A stretch of 64,000 bases of DNA. Source: Macrostomum lignano (taxonomy: Eukaryota). Made by a program: the position numbers and the translations under genes. Positions within the stretch are counted from its first letter, which is position 1. Each line of letters begins with the position of its first letter. A model generated the notes under the pieces. The model saw only the letters and a list, made by a program, of their open reading frames with translations, was not told the DNA's origin and did not search any database. Of this stretch, positions 49,001 through 61,000 are shown in pieces. Where the stretch lies: NCBI GenBank assembly GCA_002269645.1, contig NIVC01001724.1, forward strand, positions 1 to 64,000, in the 5' to 3' direction.

Positions 49001-52000
49001 TCACAAACCTGAAATATCACAAACCTGAAATATCACAGACCTGAAATATCACAAACCTGAAATATCACAAACCTGAAATATCACAAACCTGAAATATCAC
49101 AGACCTGAAATATCACAGACCTGAAATATCACAAACCTGAAATATCACAAACCTGAAATATCACAAACCCGAAATATCACAAACCTGAAATATCACAAAC
49201 CCGAAATATCACAAACCTGAAATATCACAAACCGGAAATATCACGGACCTGAAATATCACAGACCTGAAATATCACAGACCTGAAATATCACAAACCTGA
49301 AATATCACAGACCTGAAATATCACAAACCCGAAATATCACAAACCTGAAATATCACAAACCCGAAATATCACAGACCTGAAATATCACAGACCTGAAATA
49401 TCACAAACCTGAAATATCACAGACCTGAAATATCACAGACCTGAAATATCACAAACCTGAAATATCACAGACCTGAAATATCACAAACCCGAAATATCAC
49501 AGACCTGAAATATCACAAACCTGAAATATCACAGACCTGAATATCACAGACCTGAAATATCACAGACCTGAAATATCACAAACCTGAAATATCACAAACC
49601 CGAAATATCACAGACCTGAAATATCACAGACCTGAAATATCACAGACCTGAAATATCACAAACCCGAAATATCACAGACCTGAAATATCACAGACCTGAA
49701 ATATCACAGACCTGAAATATCACAAACCTGAAATATCACAAACCCGAAATATCACAAACCCGAAATATCACAAACCCGAAACATCTCAAACCCGAAATGC
49801 GAGCTATCATAACTCCGAAAAGCAAAATACCGTTGGGTGTTGCTGGAACTTTCGGAGTTATTTGAGCAAAAGACTGAAAAAAACAGAGCGAAAACACATA
49901 TCAGCCACGTGTTGCATCGCAAGTTTTCCATTCTGAAGCAACTACAATCTCTTTCTTGCACCCACATGCCACTGTCCCGGAAAAGATCGACAGTTATGGC
50001 GTGTTCTGCGCGTTATTTTGCATCACGTGCTCTAACTTAAAAGAAAGGTAAAAGTAAATTATGCTGCAGATTTTATGCTGCTGATTAAACAACAGATCAA
50101 ACTCCGGTGTAAACTGCAGTTGACTCTTTAAGCACAGCACAGATTTCATCGATTAGATCTGCTCCTACACAAACCTCAGCAGCGAACGGAAATGAATTCA
50201 CGACACATGCCCTAACCCCCAAACCTTGCTCTCCTTCAGACCCAGCACGGGCTTGGCACAGTGTCCAGGCACGCGGAAATGTGCAGCGAAATGCCTGGTA
50301 AGCCAGCGCGATTTCAATAACATGATTTTTTGTATTGAGGGTCAAATTTGTTAAAGGGAAAGTGGCTGGGGGTAGCCAGCAGCAGCACTTCAATGCGTTA
50401 ATCCAGGTTTTAAGCATCGGATTATGCCTGACTTTATCGATAAGCTCGATCTAAAAGTAATCTAGGCAAGGGTCAGCACTCTCCACAGCTTCACTGTATA
50501 ACTGCTCAGAGCCAGCTGCTCAAATGCACAGCTCGAATGCACAGCTCAAAGGCACAGCTCAAAAGCACTCTCTCACAGCCTCCCTGTACAACTGCTCAGA
50601 GCCTGCTGCTCAAATGCACTCTCCCACAGCCTCCCTGTACAACTGCTCAGAGCCAGCTGCTCAAATGCACTCTCCCACAGCCTCCCTGTACAACTGCTCA
50701 GAGCCAGCTGCTCAAATGCACTCTCCCACAGCCTCTCTGTACAACTGCTCAGAGCCAGCTGCTCAAATGCACTCTCCCACAGCCTCCCTGTACAACCGCT
50801 CAGAGCCAGCTGCTCAAATGCACTCTCCCACAGCCTCTCTGTACAGCTGCTCAGAGCCAGCTGCTCAAATGCACTCTCCCACAGCCTCCCTGTACAACTG
50901 CTCAGAGCCAGCTGCTCAAATGCACTCTCCCACAGCCTCTCTGTACAACTGCTCAGAGCCAGCTGCTCAAATGCACTCTCCCACAGCCTCCCTGTACAAC
51001 CGCTCAGAGCCAGCTGCTCAAATGCACTCTCCCACAGCCTCTCTGTACAGCTGCTCAGAGCCAGCTGCTCAAATGCACTCTCCCACAGCCTCCCTGTACA
51101 ACTGCTCAGAGCCAGCTGCTCAAATGCACTCTCCCACAGCCTCCCTGTACAACCGCTCAGAGCCAGCTGCTCAAATGCACTCTCCCACAGCCTCTCTGTA
51201 CAGCTGCTCAGAGCCAGCTGCTCAAATGCACTCTCCCACAGCCTCCCTGTACAACTGCTCAGAGCCAGCTGCTCAAATGCACTCTCCCACAGCCTCCCTG
51301 TACAACTACAGCGTGCAGACGGCTCAGTCAGCTGACAGCCTTCAGAGCACCGAGTTCTCAGACACTGCCAGCGGCCTTATTATCGGCTCCTTCGAGCTGG
51401 AGCACTGCCTGACTCCGTCAGACTCGCTGCTCATCGTTCTGGGCGAAGCCTCCGACTCGATGGGCGCCTCTGAGCACAGATGTCGGAGGCTGACCATCTG
51501 CAACCAGATGGCCGACGGGAAGCGGCGACGACTGCGGCTTCAACTGAGCCTCCATCCGACCAGATCCTACACGATGAAGGTCTTCAAGCTGGCCAGCGGG
51601 TCCAGGCTGTGCGAGCAGCCCCGAGTTCGATTCTTCTTCACCAGGTCGGCGGGCGACGACCGGCCGCTGGTGCAGCTGGCGGCGCGACGCTGCGGCGCCT
51701 GCGGTGACGATGGCAGCGACTTCCGCTGCAACATGACGGCCTACCTGCGGAGCGGCTGGGTTGGCGGGCTGCTGCTAAAGCTGACCGGAGTTTTAGGCGA
51801 TCAAAGTGACTGGATCAAATTTCCGGCCAATCAGAGTCAGCGGGTGTCGGTGAGCTCACGGAGACCGTTTTGGGCGAGCAAACGGCGGGAGTAATGATTT
51901 AGTACGACTCACGTAGAATACTATAGCATTAAAATACTGTATTTTTTGCTTAAGGCAGCCTTCAAAGATTCTAAGAAACGAAATATTCTAGCCTTCTAAG

Positions 52001-53448
52001 ATTTTCTAAGACACTATATGTTGCAGTCTTGAAAATTTTTATAAGAAAATAAATGTTGCAGTCTTGAAATATTTTCTAAGAAACGAAATGTTTTGACTCA
52101 AATGCAAATTTAAATTTAAACTAACTTCTTAAATTGCTGCAGAATTCAAACAGTTGGATTAAGGCAAACCTCTCCATGCAGATCCGAAGCTGGCAGCTCA
52201 CCTATCATGTGAGTAATGTTTTTAATAATTTGTAACACAGCTGAGCATATTTCGTAGAACTCAGAGCCTTCCAATTTAATTTCAATCCAGTTTCGCAAAA
52301 CTGCCGGATCGAGACGGACGATTTCCAGTGCAAGGCGAAGCATCTTTTCATTAGGATTCAATGGTAATCCACTCTGTGATTGACCTCATTGACACTGTGA
52401 TTGACATCACCGACACTTTGATTGACCTCACCGACACTGTGATTGACTTCACCGACACTCTGATTGACCTCACCGACACTCTGTGATTGACCTCACCGAC
52501 ACTCTGATTGACCTCACCGACACTCTGTGATTGACCTCACCGACACTCTGTGATTGACCTCACCGACCCTTTGATTGACCTTAACGACACTGTGATTGGC
52601 CTCACCGACACTCTGTGATTGACCTCACCGACACTCTGATTGACCTCACCGACACTCTGATTGACCTCACCGACACTCTGATTGACCTCACCGACACTCT
52701 GATTGACCTTAACGGTGATTGACCTCACCGACACTCTGTGATTGATCTCAATGACACTCCAAATTCCTCTGACTAATTATTTACAGACAAGTCGCTCCGC
52801 TCGCCGACCCTCTGTCAGCCCTCTGAGCCGCTGGCAGTCTGCCCGAGGCCGCTGTTGCCGCCGACAGTGGGCCAGTGGAGCGCGCCTTCGCCCTCCCAGT
52901 CGGCCAGAGGGTCTGTCAATCGATCAACAATCAGCGACACAGCGCCCGCAGTTTTAAGCTGGGCGCTTCCTCCGGCGCTAGTCCTGGCGCTCTTCCTGGC
53001 GCTCTACCGGGCGCTCTATGCTCAGCGCAATTGCGGCGCCTGCGGCGATAGCAACACGAGAAAACTTGTCCTGCTAGTGCTTCCAGAAGCCGGAAATCCA
53101 ACGACCCGTCAGCTTATTCGCCGGCTGCCAGCGGCCCCGGCCGGAGTCGAGATACGTCAGGTGGTCGGCCTGAGCAAGCTCAACCGACAGCTAATTGGCA
53201 GCTCGTGCCTCGTCATCTTCCTGAGCTGGGACTCAAAGTTCGACAGCTTCCAAGCTGGCAGCCTGTCGGATGCAGCCAGGCGGAGTCTGAGAACGGCGCT
53301 GCTGACTGAGAAGCACCGGATGCTGGGAGCCTTCATCAACTCGGGAGCCGGACCGCCTGCTGACTCGATCTGGTCCGGCCTCGATGCCAGGATGCTGAGA
53401 CTGGACGATGAAGCGGCTTGGAGAGATCTGCTGCTCCAGGCTGCTTGA
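37008..53448 (+). CDS. Tentative type-I membrane receptor (signal peptide, Cys-containing ectodomain, TM, SEFIR/TIR-like tail); candidate exons 37008-37127, 37732-37774, ~38301-38366, 40358-40464, ~49890-50047, 50157-50297, 51312-51849, 52819(or 52787)-53448
   Basis: MPLVLRVVMPLLLCALC signal-like start and good donors at 37128, 38367, 40465, 50048, 50298 and 51850. Junctions 3-4, 5-6, 6-7 and 7-8 are phase-consistent; junctions 2-3 and 4-5 do not resolve cleanly. TM segment WALPPALVLALFLALYRALY. The last two exons are long, GC-rich and clearly coding-like. Confidence 0.5.
37290..37640. repeat. 16-bp minisatellite (CTCACTCCGTCACTGC)
   Basis: Directly visible; lies in putative receptor intron 1. 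Confidence 0.95.
38555..40118. repeat. 34-35-bp minisatellite (GACAATGGTAGATTGTGTCTATGGTTTTGGAGACA)
   Basis: Directly visible, about 44 copies. Confidence 0.97.
40784..43651 (+). repeat. 161-bp satellite array, left arm
   Basis: 161-bp period seen in the sequence and in the ORF track (40971, 41132, 41293…). Confidence 0.98.
43652..44654 (-). pseudogene. Decayed transposase C-terminal half (DDE_Tnp_4-like end plus SWIM-type Zn finger)
   Basis: Minus-strand segments in changing frames: VVIE…; VPRIHTVNLSEVSVDPYQLNQADYYIQ; SRHNSKSYRVIL; GFYSSAKAGSRTAGCDCHV; MAVLKLLGCYAYH. These resemble recalled motifs of invertebrate DDE/SWIM transposases (FP.L…L…G.YQL.QA.SY; SRHS….Y.V; GWYC.CK.G.RTVGCC.HV.A…YLGY). 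Recognition is by memory only. Confidence 0.55.
44655..48950 (-). repeat. 161-bp satellite array, right arm (inverted)
   Basis: Reverse complement of the left-arm unit, same period. Confidence 0.98.
48951..49795. repeat. 16-bp minisatellite (TATCACARACCYGAAA) abutting the foldback right end
   Basis: Directly visible. Confidence 0.97.
50470..51310 (+). repeat. 51-bp minisatellite (encodes NCSEPAAQMHSPTASLY in frame with the downstream exon)
   Basis: About 15 copies; stop-free in the exon frame from 50461. Confidence 0.93.
52375..52750. repeat. 21-23-bp minisatellite (GATTGACCTCACCGACACTCT)
   Basis: Directly visible; lies in the last intron of the putative receptor. Confidence 0.93.
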
Positions 53449-53649
53449 GAACGGATGGTAGCTTTTGGTGGGTCTCAGGTTATTAGACGAGTGGGAATCG
53501 TTTTTAGAAATCATGGACCCGTGGGTTACGTTGCTCCCTAGCGTGTTTTAGCAACTTTAGATTTGTTTTTTATGGACTAAAAGTAAAATAGTAAATGTCT
53601 TAATTTGGAAAATTCACGAGGTCCGACAAGCCCAATACGTCATGCCATG

Positions 53650-54110
53650 TACACTGGGAATCGCCCATGTACATTAAGAATCACCCATGTATATTGGGAA
53701 TCGCCCCCCTTTGATGTACATTGGGAATCGCCCCCCTTTGATGTACATTGGGAATCGCCCCCCTTTGATGTACATTTGGAATCGCCCCCCTTTGATGTAC
53801 ATTGGGAATCGCCCCCCTTTGATGTACATTCGGAATCGCCCCCACCGACGTACACTGTGGGAATCGCCTCCCCCGATATACATTGAGAATCGCCCCCCTG
53901 CCCGATATACATTGAAAATCGCCCCCCTGCCCGATATACATTGAGAATCGCCCCCTGCCCCGATATACATTGGGAATCGCCCCCCCCTGCGCCGATATAC
54001 ATTGAGAATCGCCCCCCCCTGCCCCGATATACATTGAGAATCGCCCCTCTGCCCCGATATACATTTGGAATCGCCCCCCCCACCGATGTACATTGGGAAT
54101 TGCTCCCCCC
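53650..54110. repeat. 26-27-bp minisatellite (GATGTACATTGGGAATCGCCCCCCTTT)
   Basis: Directly visible; drifts to a CCCGATATACATTGAGAATCG variant. Confidence 0.92.
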
Positions 54111-54689
54111 ATTTATGCCTCTGCCTCCTGTCCAAACGGTGGCCTCAATTCGTCATTGATGTCAACCCCTCAAATTAAATTTCAGAACAAGCTTGAAAAG
54201 TTTGGCAAACTTTTGCCCGGTCAACTGATCCCGCGAGCACTCACTGATGTACAAAGTTGACACCTGCAGCTATCATTATAAAATTTCATACTAAGAATAC
54301 GCATCGAGTTAAGATTTAGGTCAGGAGTTCAGCAAAGAACATTCATTAGTCAATTTCTGTGTTCAATTCCTATTTTGAAAAGCCATTATTATTTCATAGT
54401 TTATTAGTCTGTCATTTTAAGCGTATTTTCGAATTGATTTCGCCAAATACTCTACTAGTAGTCACTGTACGTTCAGTGCCAAAATGTTATTGAGAAGAAA
54501 TTTGTAAATAAATTGAAATAAATTTTTTAATGCTTGATTTTTGTCCCTTGTTGGTTATTTAACCCAAGTTTGGGCAATGCAATAATAAAATACAATGATT
54601 ATTTATTTAAATTCTACGCTTGTAAATACTTGCTGTTAATCTGCAATAATGACCTCTAGGTACTTACAGTTTGACACCCAGTTACTTTA

Positions 54690-54950
54690 TGGCTCACTCT
54701 GACACCCGGTTAGTGTACTTTTATAGTTTACTCTGACACCCGGTTAGTGTACTTTTATAGTTCACTCAGACACCCGGTTAGTGTACTTTTATAGTTCACT
54801 CAGACACCCGGTTAGTGTACTTAATTATAGTTCACTCGGACACCCGGTTAGTGTACTTTTATAGTTCACTCCGGACACCGGTTAGTGTACTTTTATAGTT
54901 CACTCTGACATCCGGTTAGTGTACTTTTATAGTTCACTCCGGACACCGGT
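54690..54950. repeat. 34-bp repeat (GACACCCGGTTAGTGTACTTTTATAGTTCACTC)
   Basis: About 7 copies. Confidence 0.9.
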
Positions 54951-56255
54951 TAATGCAGTATTATTATGTGTGTCTCACTCCAAAACCAGTTATTATAACA
55001 ATAATTATAACATATGAGGCTATACTTCAAGTCATGGTAGTATTGACCTAATCAGCGAAGGTGCAAATTAGGACCCAAAATAGTTCTTTTTAATTGTTCT
55101 GCACTTTAATCAGGGACAACTGATGCAGGACGCTTCCGTACATGTATTTCTTCAGAGCATATAGTAAAGCCCATGTACGTGCATACTCGTACATGTATAG
55201 ACAAACCTAAGGTCAGTGTTTTAGAGTCGCAAAAATTGAGTTATTTCGCTGCTATGCTTCTGCTTTTCATACATGTGGATCTAATTTGTTTCAGATCTTT
55301 AGCGGTAATCGCATCCCAACACGTGTATTCTGTTGTGTATTAAAAGGATTGACTGGAAAGTAAAACGGCCCTTTTCAGGGCCACCTTAAGCCACAGATAC
55401 TAGAGTACACTAACTAGATGAGCCACTCAGGCAAAAAATAAGCCTTCTGTTTAATAAAGGCAGCTGAAATGACTTTGAGCTTAGAAGCCCAAGCTTGCAG
55501 GCGTAAACAGCTTGCTAATTGGTTCAGCCATGATCTACATTAACCAGTCCAACTGAAATGTTCATGGCAGCTTTAGGCTGGAATTCCGAGAAAGGCAATA
55601 AAAATTGGGACGGGCAGGGGTTAGTGATGAAAGGCGCGGTTGGAGGGTTTAAGCTACGCTGCTACGGGTAAGAGTCAATAAATGAGCTTTTGGCGTTAAA
55701 ATACATCAAAATGCTTCTGTTTAACTTACTACCTAACTGAAAGTAGCTTGCACGCAAATGTGCTGAGTGGCCCTAATCTATTTTATTCTAGTACATTATC
55801 TGTGCCCCAAACGAACATAGCGGTTGAGGCTAAAAAGAGTGGGGGCACAAAATATGCGAAATATGGAGAGCACGATGATGCGGTTCTGAATGCTACACTC
55901 GTAAAAAAACCGCGCGGAGGAAGAATACGCTCGTATCTATCTCTCTGTTCCTACAGTGCCCGTCTGGCACCAACCAGCGTAAACAGCCCTAGGCTTGTTC
56001 TTTCTTTTGAGTCGTTTTCTTCGTGCAACAGAACATACTCTTCCAGTTTAACCAGAAGTATAAAGCCGCAGACCAATAACAATAAGTAAGCACATTCAAC
56101 AACTTTCAATCAAGGACGACTTAAGTAGGACAGGAAACCTCGTTTCTTAGAAAATTTTAGAAGGCAGGCTTATCCGAAAAAATACACTACGGAGATAGGA
56201 AGTTTTCATTTTTTCAGCACAAAAAATTGTTATTGCCTTTGATAGGAGGCAGATC

Positions 56256-56660
56256 CAGTGTTCATCTTTTGATGTGTTGTGCCTTTCTTATTGCTCTATC
56301 GATACTCATAAAGCTTTTCGTTCAAAAAATAAGAATTCTGTGTAAAAAAATTTTCTATGTACATTTCCTTGTACCTTAAAATCATAAAAATGCATGGCAC
56401 AGCTCCAATTATTTGGTTTTATGAATTTATTTTATAATCTCTGTTGCACATATTTGTTACAGAGTCAGCTAAGAATGACAAAATAAAATCATAAAGTTAA
56501 AGAGCAGAGCTATGCCATCTCAATAGTTTTTAGGCACAAGACACGCGCAAATGTATGTAGAATAAAAAATTCACATAGAATCTTAATTTTCTGAACGAAA
56601 AGCTTTATGAATATCTATAGAGCAATAAGAAAGGCACAACATATCAAAAGATGAACACTG
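56256..56660. mobile_element. Candidate MITE/hairpin with ~150-bp imperfect inverted arms starting CAGTGTTCATC
   Basis: 56256-~56405 matches the reverse complement of ~56505-56660 (CAGTGTTCATCTTTTGAT.TGTTGTGCCTTTCTTATTGCTCTAT…). No clean TSD. Confidence 0.6.
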
Positions 56661-57106
56661 TGTCGATTTGGATTGACAGACTGGAGAATCCCTCCTCCGG
56701 CATGCACCAGCAGCTGCCTAAATGCTGAGCGAAACTTACGAGTATTGCCCAGTCTGAGTCCGTGGCCTTCCTGTACTTGCTGCAACATACACACATATTT
56801 ACATTCAACATTTCTTCTGTTCGGCCACACAAATGTTCCCAGGGACTGCCACTGCATGGTTTCGAATCAGCTTCAACATGTGCGACACATCCAAGAAGGC
56901 TGAAACCTGAATGCCAGGATCTCAGCGCTATCAGTCACTTTTTTCTCATTACTTTAATTGTCCGTTGGAAAAGTCTGGAAGGACTCCGGGATTCCGGATA
57001 CAGCGGGAGGCGTCGCGTCGCCGCTAAGTAAGGAGGGACACTCCCGCCACCACCAGCGGCATTGCTGCATTGTTTGAACAGCCAACAGCACAGCAAAAGC
57101 TGTCAT
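56661..57106 (-). mobile_element. THAP / P-element (THAP9-like) transposase relic, internally deleted
   Basis: Across frames: M…CCAVGCSN (THAP start), SFQTFPTD…MRKK*LIALR, FLDVSHMLKLIRN, LQQVQEGHGLRLGN and RKFRSAFRQLLVH, which are P-superfamily motifs in the correct order. Confidence 0.75.
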
Positions 57107-58024
57107 GACTTCCTCTTCTTTTCCCGGCAATTCAGAAGATTCAGATTGTTATTTCATTTCATTTTGAGTAATTATATTTCCAATAACTTTGCTTGTCACT
57201 TAAAAACTAGTATAGCATTGCTATTTTGGTCTCTAGTGCCACTTTAATGTAGATGTTAATTTAAATAAGGGCAGACAGCTAAAGAAGGGCCAGGGCCAGT
57301 CTTCCCCAGGCCACTGATATCGATCGTTTTGGGATGGAGTAGAGGGGACCATTTTTTGCTTGGTCATTTTTTACAAAAAAACAGCCCCAGGCAAAGCAAT
57401 GCTGGATGCGCAGTTTAGTTATACTTATTGTTCTGAGGCTGGCGCTGCCCTGCAACATCATTTCGAGAAGAATATTTCTTGGAAATAAACGCAACTACAC
57501 TAAAAAAAATTTATTCACTGCGCCATAGCAGCGTACACTGAACCACGGCCGGAGACAGTAAATGACTGTACATTTGCATGTACACACCGGACAGAAATGT
57601 ATACGTACATCGAACCATTCATTTCTATAGTTTACTAGTTTACTGGCCAATTAGAGTTAATAATTAATTATAGCCGACAATTGGTTGAGGTCAGCATAAA
57701 ATAACATACATATATTAGAAACCAAAACTTAATTATTACAAGCCTATCTACTGATAAGCAATCCTCGTTTCTCAGTAAGTTCCAGTTAACAAATTAAAAC
57801 GAAAAGATTTTGCTCTTCGAAATGAGGCGAGCGCGAAAGCAAGCCAAGAGAAAATCTGCCAATTCTTCTGGCAAGACTTCGTCTCAATCTCCATCATCGC
57901 TGCAGCTAGTGAGTTCCATTGTATATGATATCCACTTGTACGATTTCCTGAAATTTTCCTAAAAATTACATGTAATATGTAATATGGGTCACTTTTCCAC
58001 CCTTTGACACTCTTACCCATCATC

Positions 58025-61000
58025 TACCACCTCTTCCCACCCCCTCTCCCACTCTTTTCTCACCCCCTCTCCCACTCTTTTCCCACCCCCTCTCCCACTC
58101 TTTTCCCACCCTCTCTCCTACTATTTTCCCACCCTCTCTCCCACTCTTTTCTCACCCCCTCTCCCACTCTTTTCTCACCCCCTCTCCCACTCTTTTCCCA
58201 CCCCCTCTCCCACTCTTTTCCCACCCTCTCTCCTACTATTTTCCCACCCTCTCTCCCACTCTTTTCCCACCCTCTCTCCCACTCTTTTCTCACCCCCTCT
58301 CCCACTCTTTTCCCACCCTCTCTCCCACTCTTTTCCCACCCTCTCTCCCACTATTTTCCCACCCTCTCCCACTCTTTTCCCACCCTCTCCCACTCTTTTC
58401 CCATCCTCTCCCACTCTTTACTCACCCTCTCCCACTCTTTTCCCATCCTCTCCCACTCTTTACTCACCCTCTCCCACTCTTTTCCCACCCTCTCCCACTC
58501 TTTTCCCACCCTCTCCCACTCTTTTCCCACCCTCTCCCACTCTTTTCCCATCCTCTCCCACTCTTTACTCACCCTCTCCCACTCTTTTCCCATCCTCTCC
58601 CACTCTTTACTCACCCTCTCCCACTCTTTTCCCACCCTCTCCCACTCTTTTCCCACCCTCTCCCACTCTTTTCCCACCCTCTCCCACTCTTTTCCCATCC
58701 TCTCCCACTCTTTACTCACCCTCTCCCACTCTTTTCCCACCCTCTCCCACTCTTTTCCCACCCTCTCCCACTCTTTTCCCACCCTCTCCCACTCTTTTCC
58801 CACCCTCTCCCACTCTTTTCCCACCCTCTCTCCCACTATTTTCCCACCCTCTCCCACTCTTTTCCCACCCGCTCCCATTCTTTTCCCATCCTCTCTCCCA
58901 CTCTTTACTCACCCTCTCTCCCATTCTTTTCCCACCCTCTCCCACTCTTTTCTCACCCTCTCTCCCACTCTTTACTCACCCTCTCTCCCACTCTTTTCCC
59001 ACCCTCTCTCCCACTCTTTACTCACCCTCTCTCCCACTCTTTACTCACCCTCTCTCCCACTCTTTTCTCACCCTCTCTCCCACTCTTTACTCACCCTCTC
59101 TCCCACTCTTTTCCCACCCTCTCTCCCACTCTTTACTCACCCTCTCTCCCACTCTTTTCCCACCCTCTCTCCCACTCTTTACTCACCCTCTCTCCCATTC
59201 CTTTCCCACCTCTCTCCCATTCTTTTCTCACCCCCTCTCCCACTCTTTTCCCACCCTCTCTCCCACTCTTTTCCCACCCTCTCTCCCACTCTTTTCTCAC
59301 CCCCTCTCCCACTCTTTTCCCACCCTCTCTCCCACTCTTTTCCCACCCTCTCTCCCACTCTTTTCTCACCCCCTCTCCCACTCTTTTCCCACCCTCTCCC
59401 ACTCTTTTCCCACCCTCTCTCCCACTCTTTTCCCACCCTCTCTCCCACTCTTTTCCCACCCTCTCTCCCACTCTTTTCCCACCCTCTCCCACTCTTTCCC
59501 CACCCTCTCCCACTCTTTTCCCACCCTCTCTCCCACTCTTTTCCCACCCTCTCCCACTCTTTTCCCACCCTCTCCCACTCTTTTCCCACCCTCTCCCACT
59601 CTTTTCCCACCCTCTCCCACTCTTTTCCCACCCTCTCCCACTCTTTTCCCACCCTCTCCCACTCTTTTCCCACCCTCTCTCCCACTCTTTTCCCACCCTC
59701 TCTCCCACTCTTTTCCCACCCTCTCCCACTCTTTTCCCACCCTCTCTCCCACTCTTTTCCCACCCTCTCCCACTCTTTTCCCACCCTCTCCCACTCTTTT
59801 CCCACCCTCTCCCACTCTTTTCCCACCTCTCTCCCACTCTTTTCCCACCCTCTCCCACTCTTTTCCCACCCTCTCCCACTCTTTTCCCACCCTCTCTCCC
59901 ACTCTTTTCCCACCCTCTCCCACTCTTTTCCCACCCTCTCTCCCACTCTTTTCCCACCCTCTCTCCCACTCTTTTCCCACCCTCTCCCACTCTTTTCCCA
60001 CCCTCTCTCCCACTCTTTTCCCACCCTCTCCCACTCTTTTCCCACCCTCAACCACTCTTTTCCCACCCTCTCTCCCACTCTTTTCCCACCCTCTCTCCCA
60101 CTCTTTTCCCACCCTCTCTCCCACTCTTTTCCCACCCTCTCTCCCACTCTTTTCCCACCCTCTCCCACTCTTTTCCCACCCTCTCTCCCACTCTTTTCCC
60201 ACCCTCTCCCACTCTTTTCCCACCCTCTCTCCCACTCTTTTCCCACCCTCTCTCCCACTCTTTTCCCACCCTCTCCCACTCTTTTCCCACCCTCTCTCCC
60301 ACTCTTTTCCCACCCTCTCCCACTCTTTTCCCACCCTCTCCCACTCTTTTCCCACCCTCTCCCACTCTTTTCCCACCCTCTCCCACTCTTTTCCCACCCT
60401 CTCCCACTCTTTTCCCACCCTCTCTCCCACTCTTTTTTCCCACCCTCTCTCCCACTATTTTCCCACCCTCTCTCCCACTCTTTTCCCACCCTCTCCCACT
60501 CTTTTCCCACCCTCTCTCCCACTCTTTTCCCACCCTCTCCCACTCTTTTCCCACCCTCTCCCACTCTTTTCCCACCCTCTCTCCCACTCTTTTCCCACCC
60601 TCTCTCCCACTCTTTTCCCACCCTCTCCCACTCTTTACTCACCCTCTCCCACTCTTTTCCCACCCTCTCCCACTCTTTTCCCACCCTCTCTCCCACTATT
60701 TTCCCACCCTCTCCCACTCTTTTCCCACCCGCTCCCATTCTTTTCCCATCCTCTCTCCCACTCTTTACTCACCCTCTCTCCCATTCTTTTCCCACCCTCT
60801 CCCACTCTTTTCCCACCCGCTCCCATTCTTTTCCCATCCTCTCTCCCACTCTTTACTCACCCTCTCTCCCATTCTTTTCCCACCCTCTCCCACTCTTTTC
60901 TCACCCTCTCTCCCACTCTTTACTCACCCTCTCTCCGACTCTTTTCCCACCCTCTCTCCCACTCTTTACTCACCCTCTCTCCCACTCTTTACTCACCCTC

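Noticed and set aside
50298-51311. Full retention of the 3n intron (1014 nt) in the receptor gene
   Set aside because: An in-frame TAA follows the donor immediately, so only the alternative acceptor at 50466 could include the repeat.
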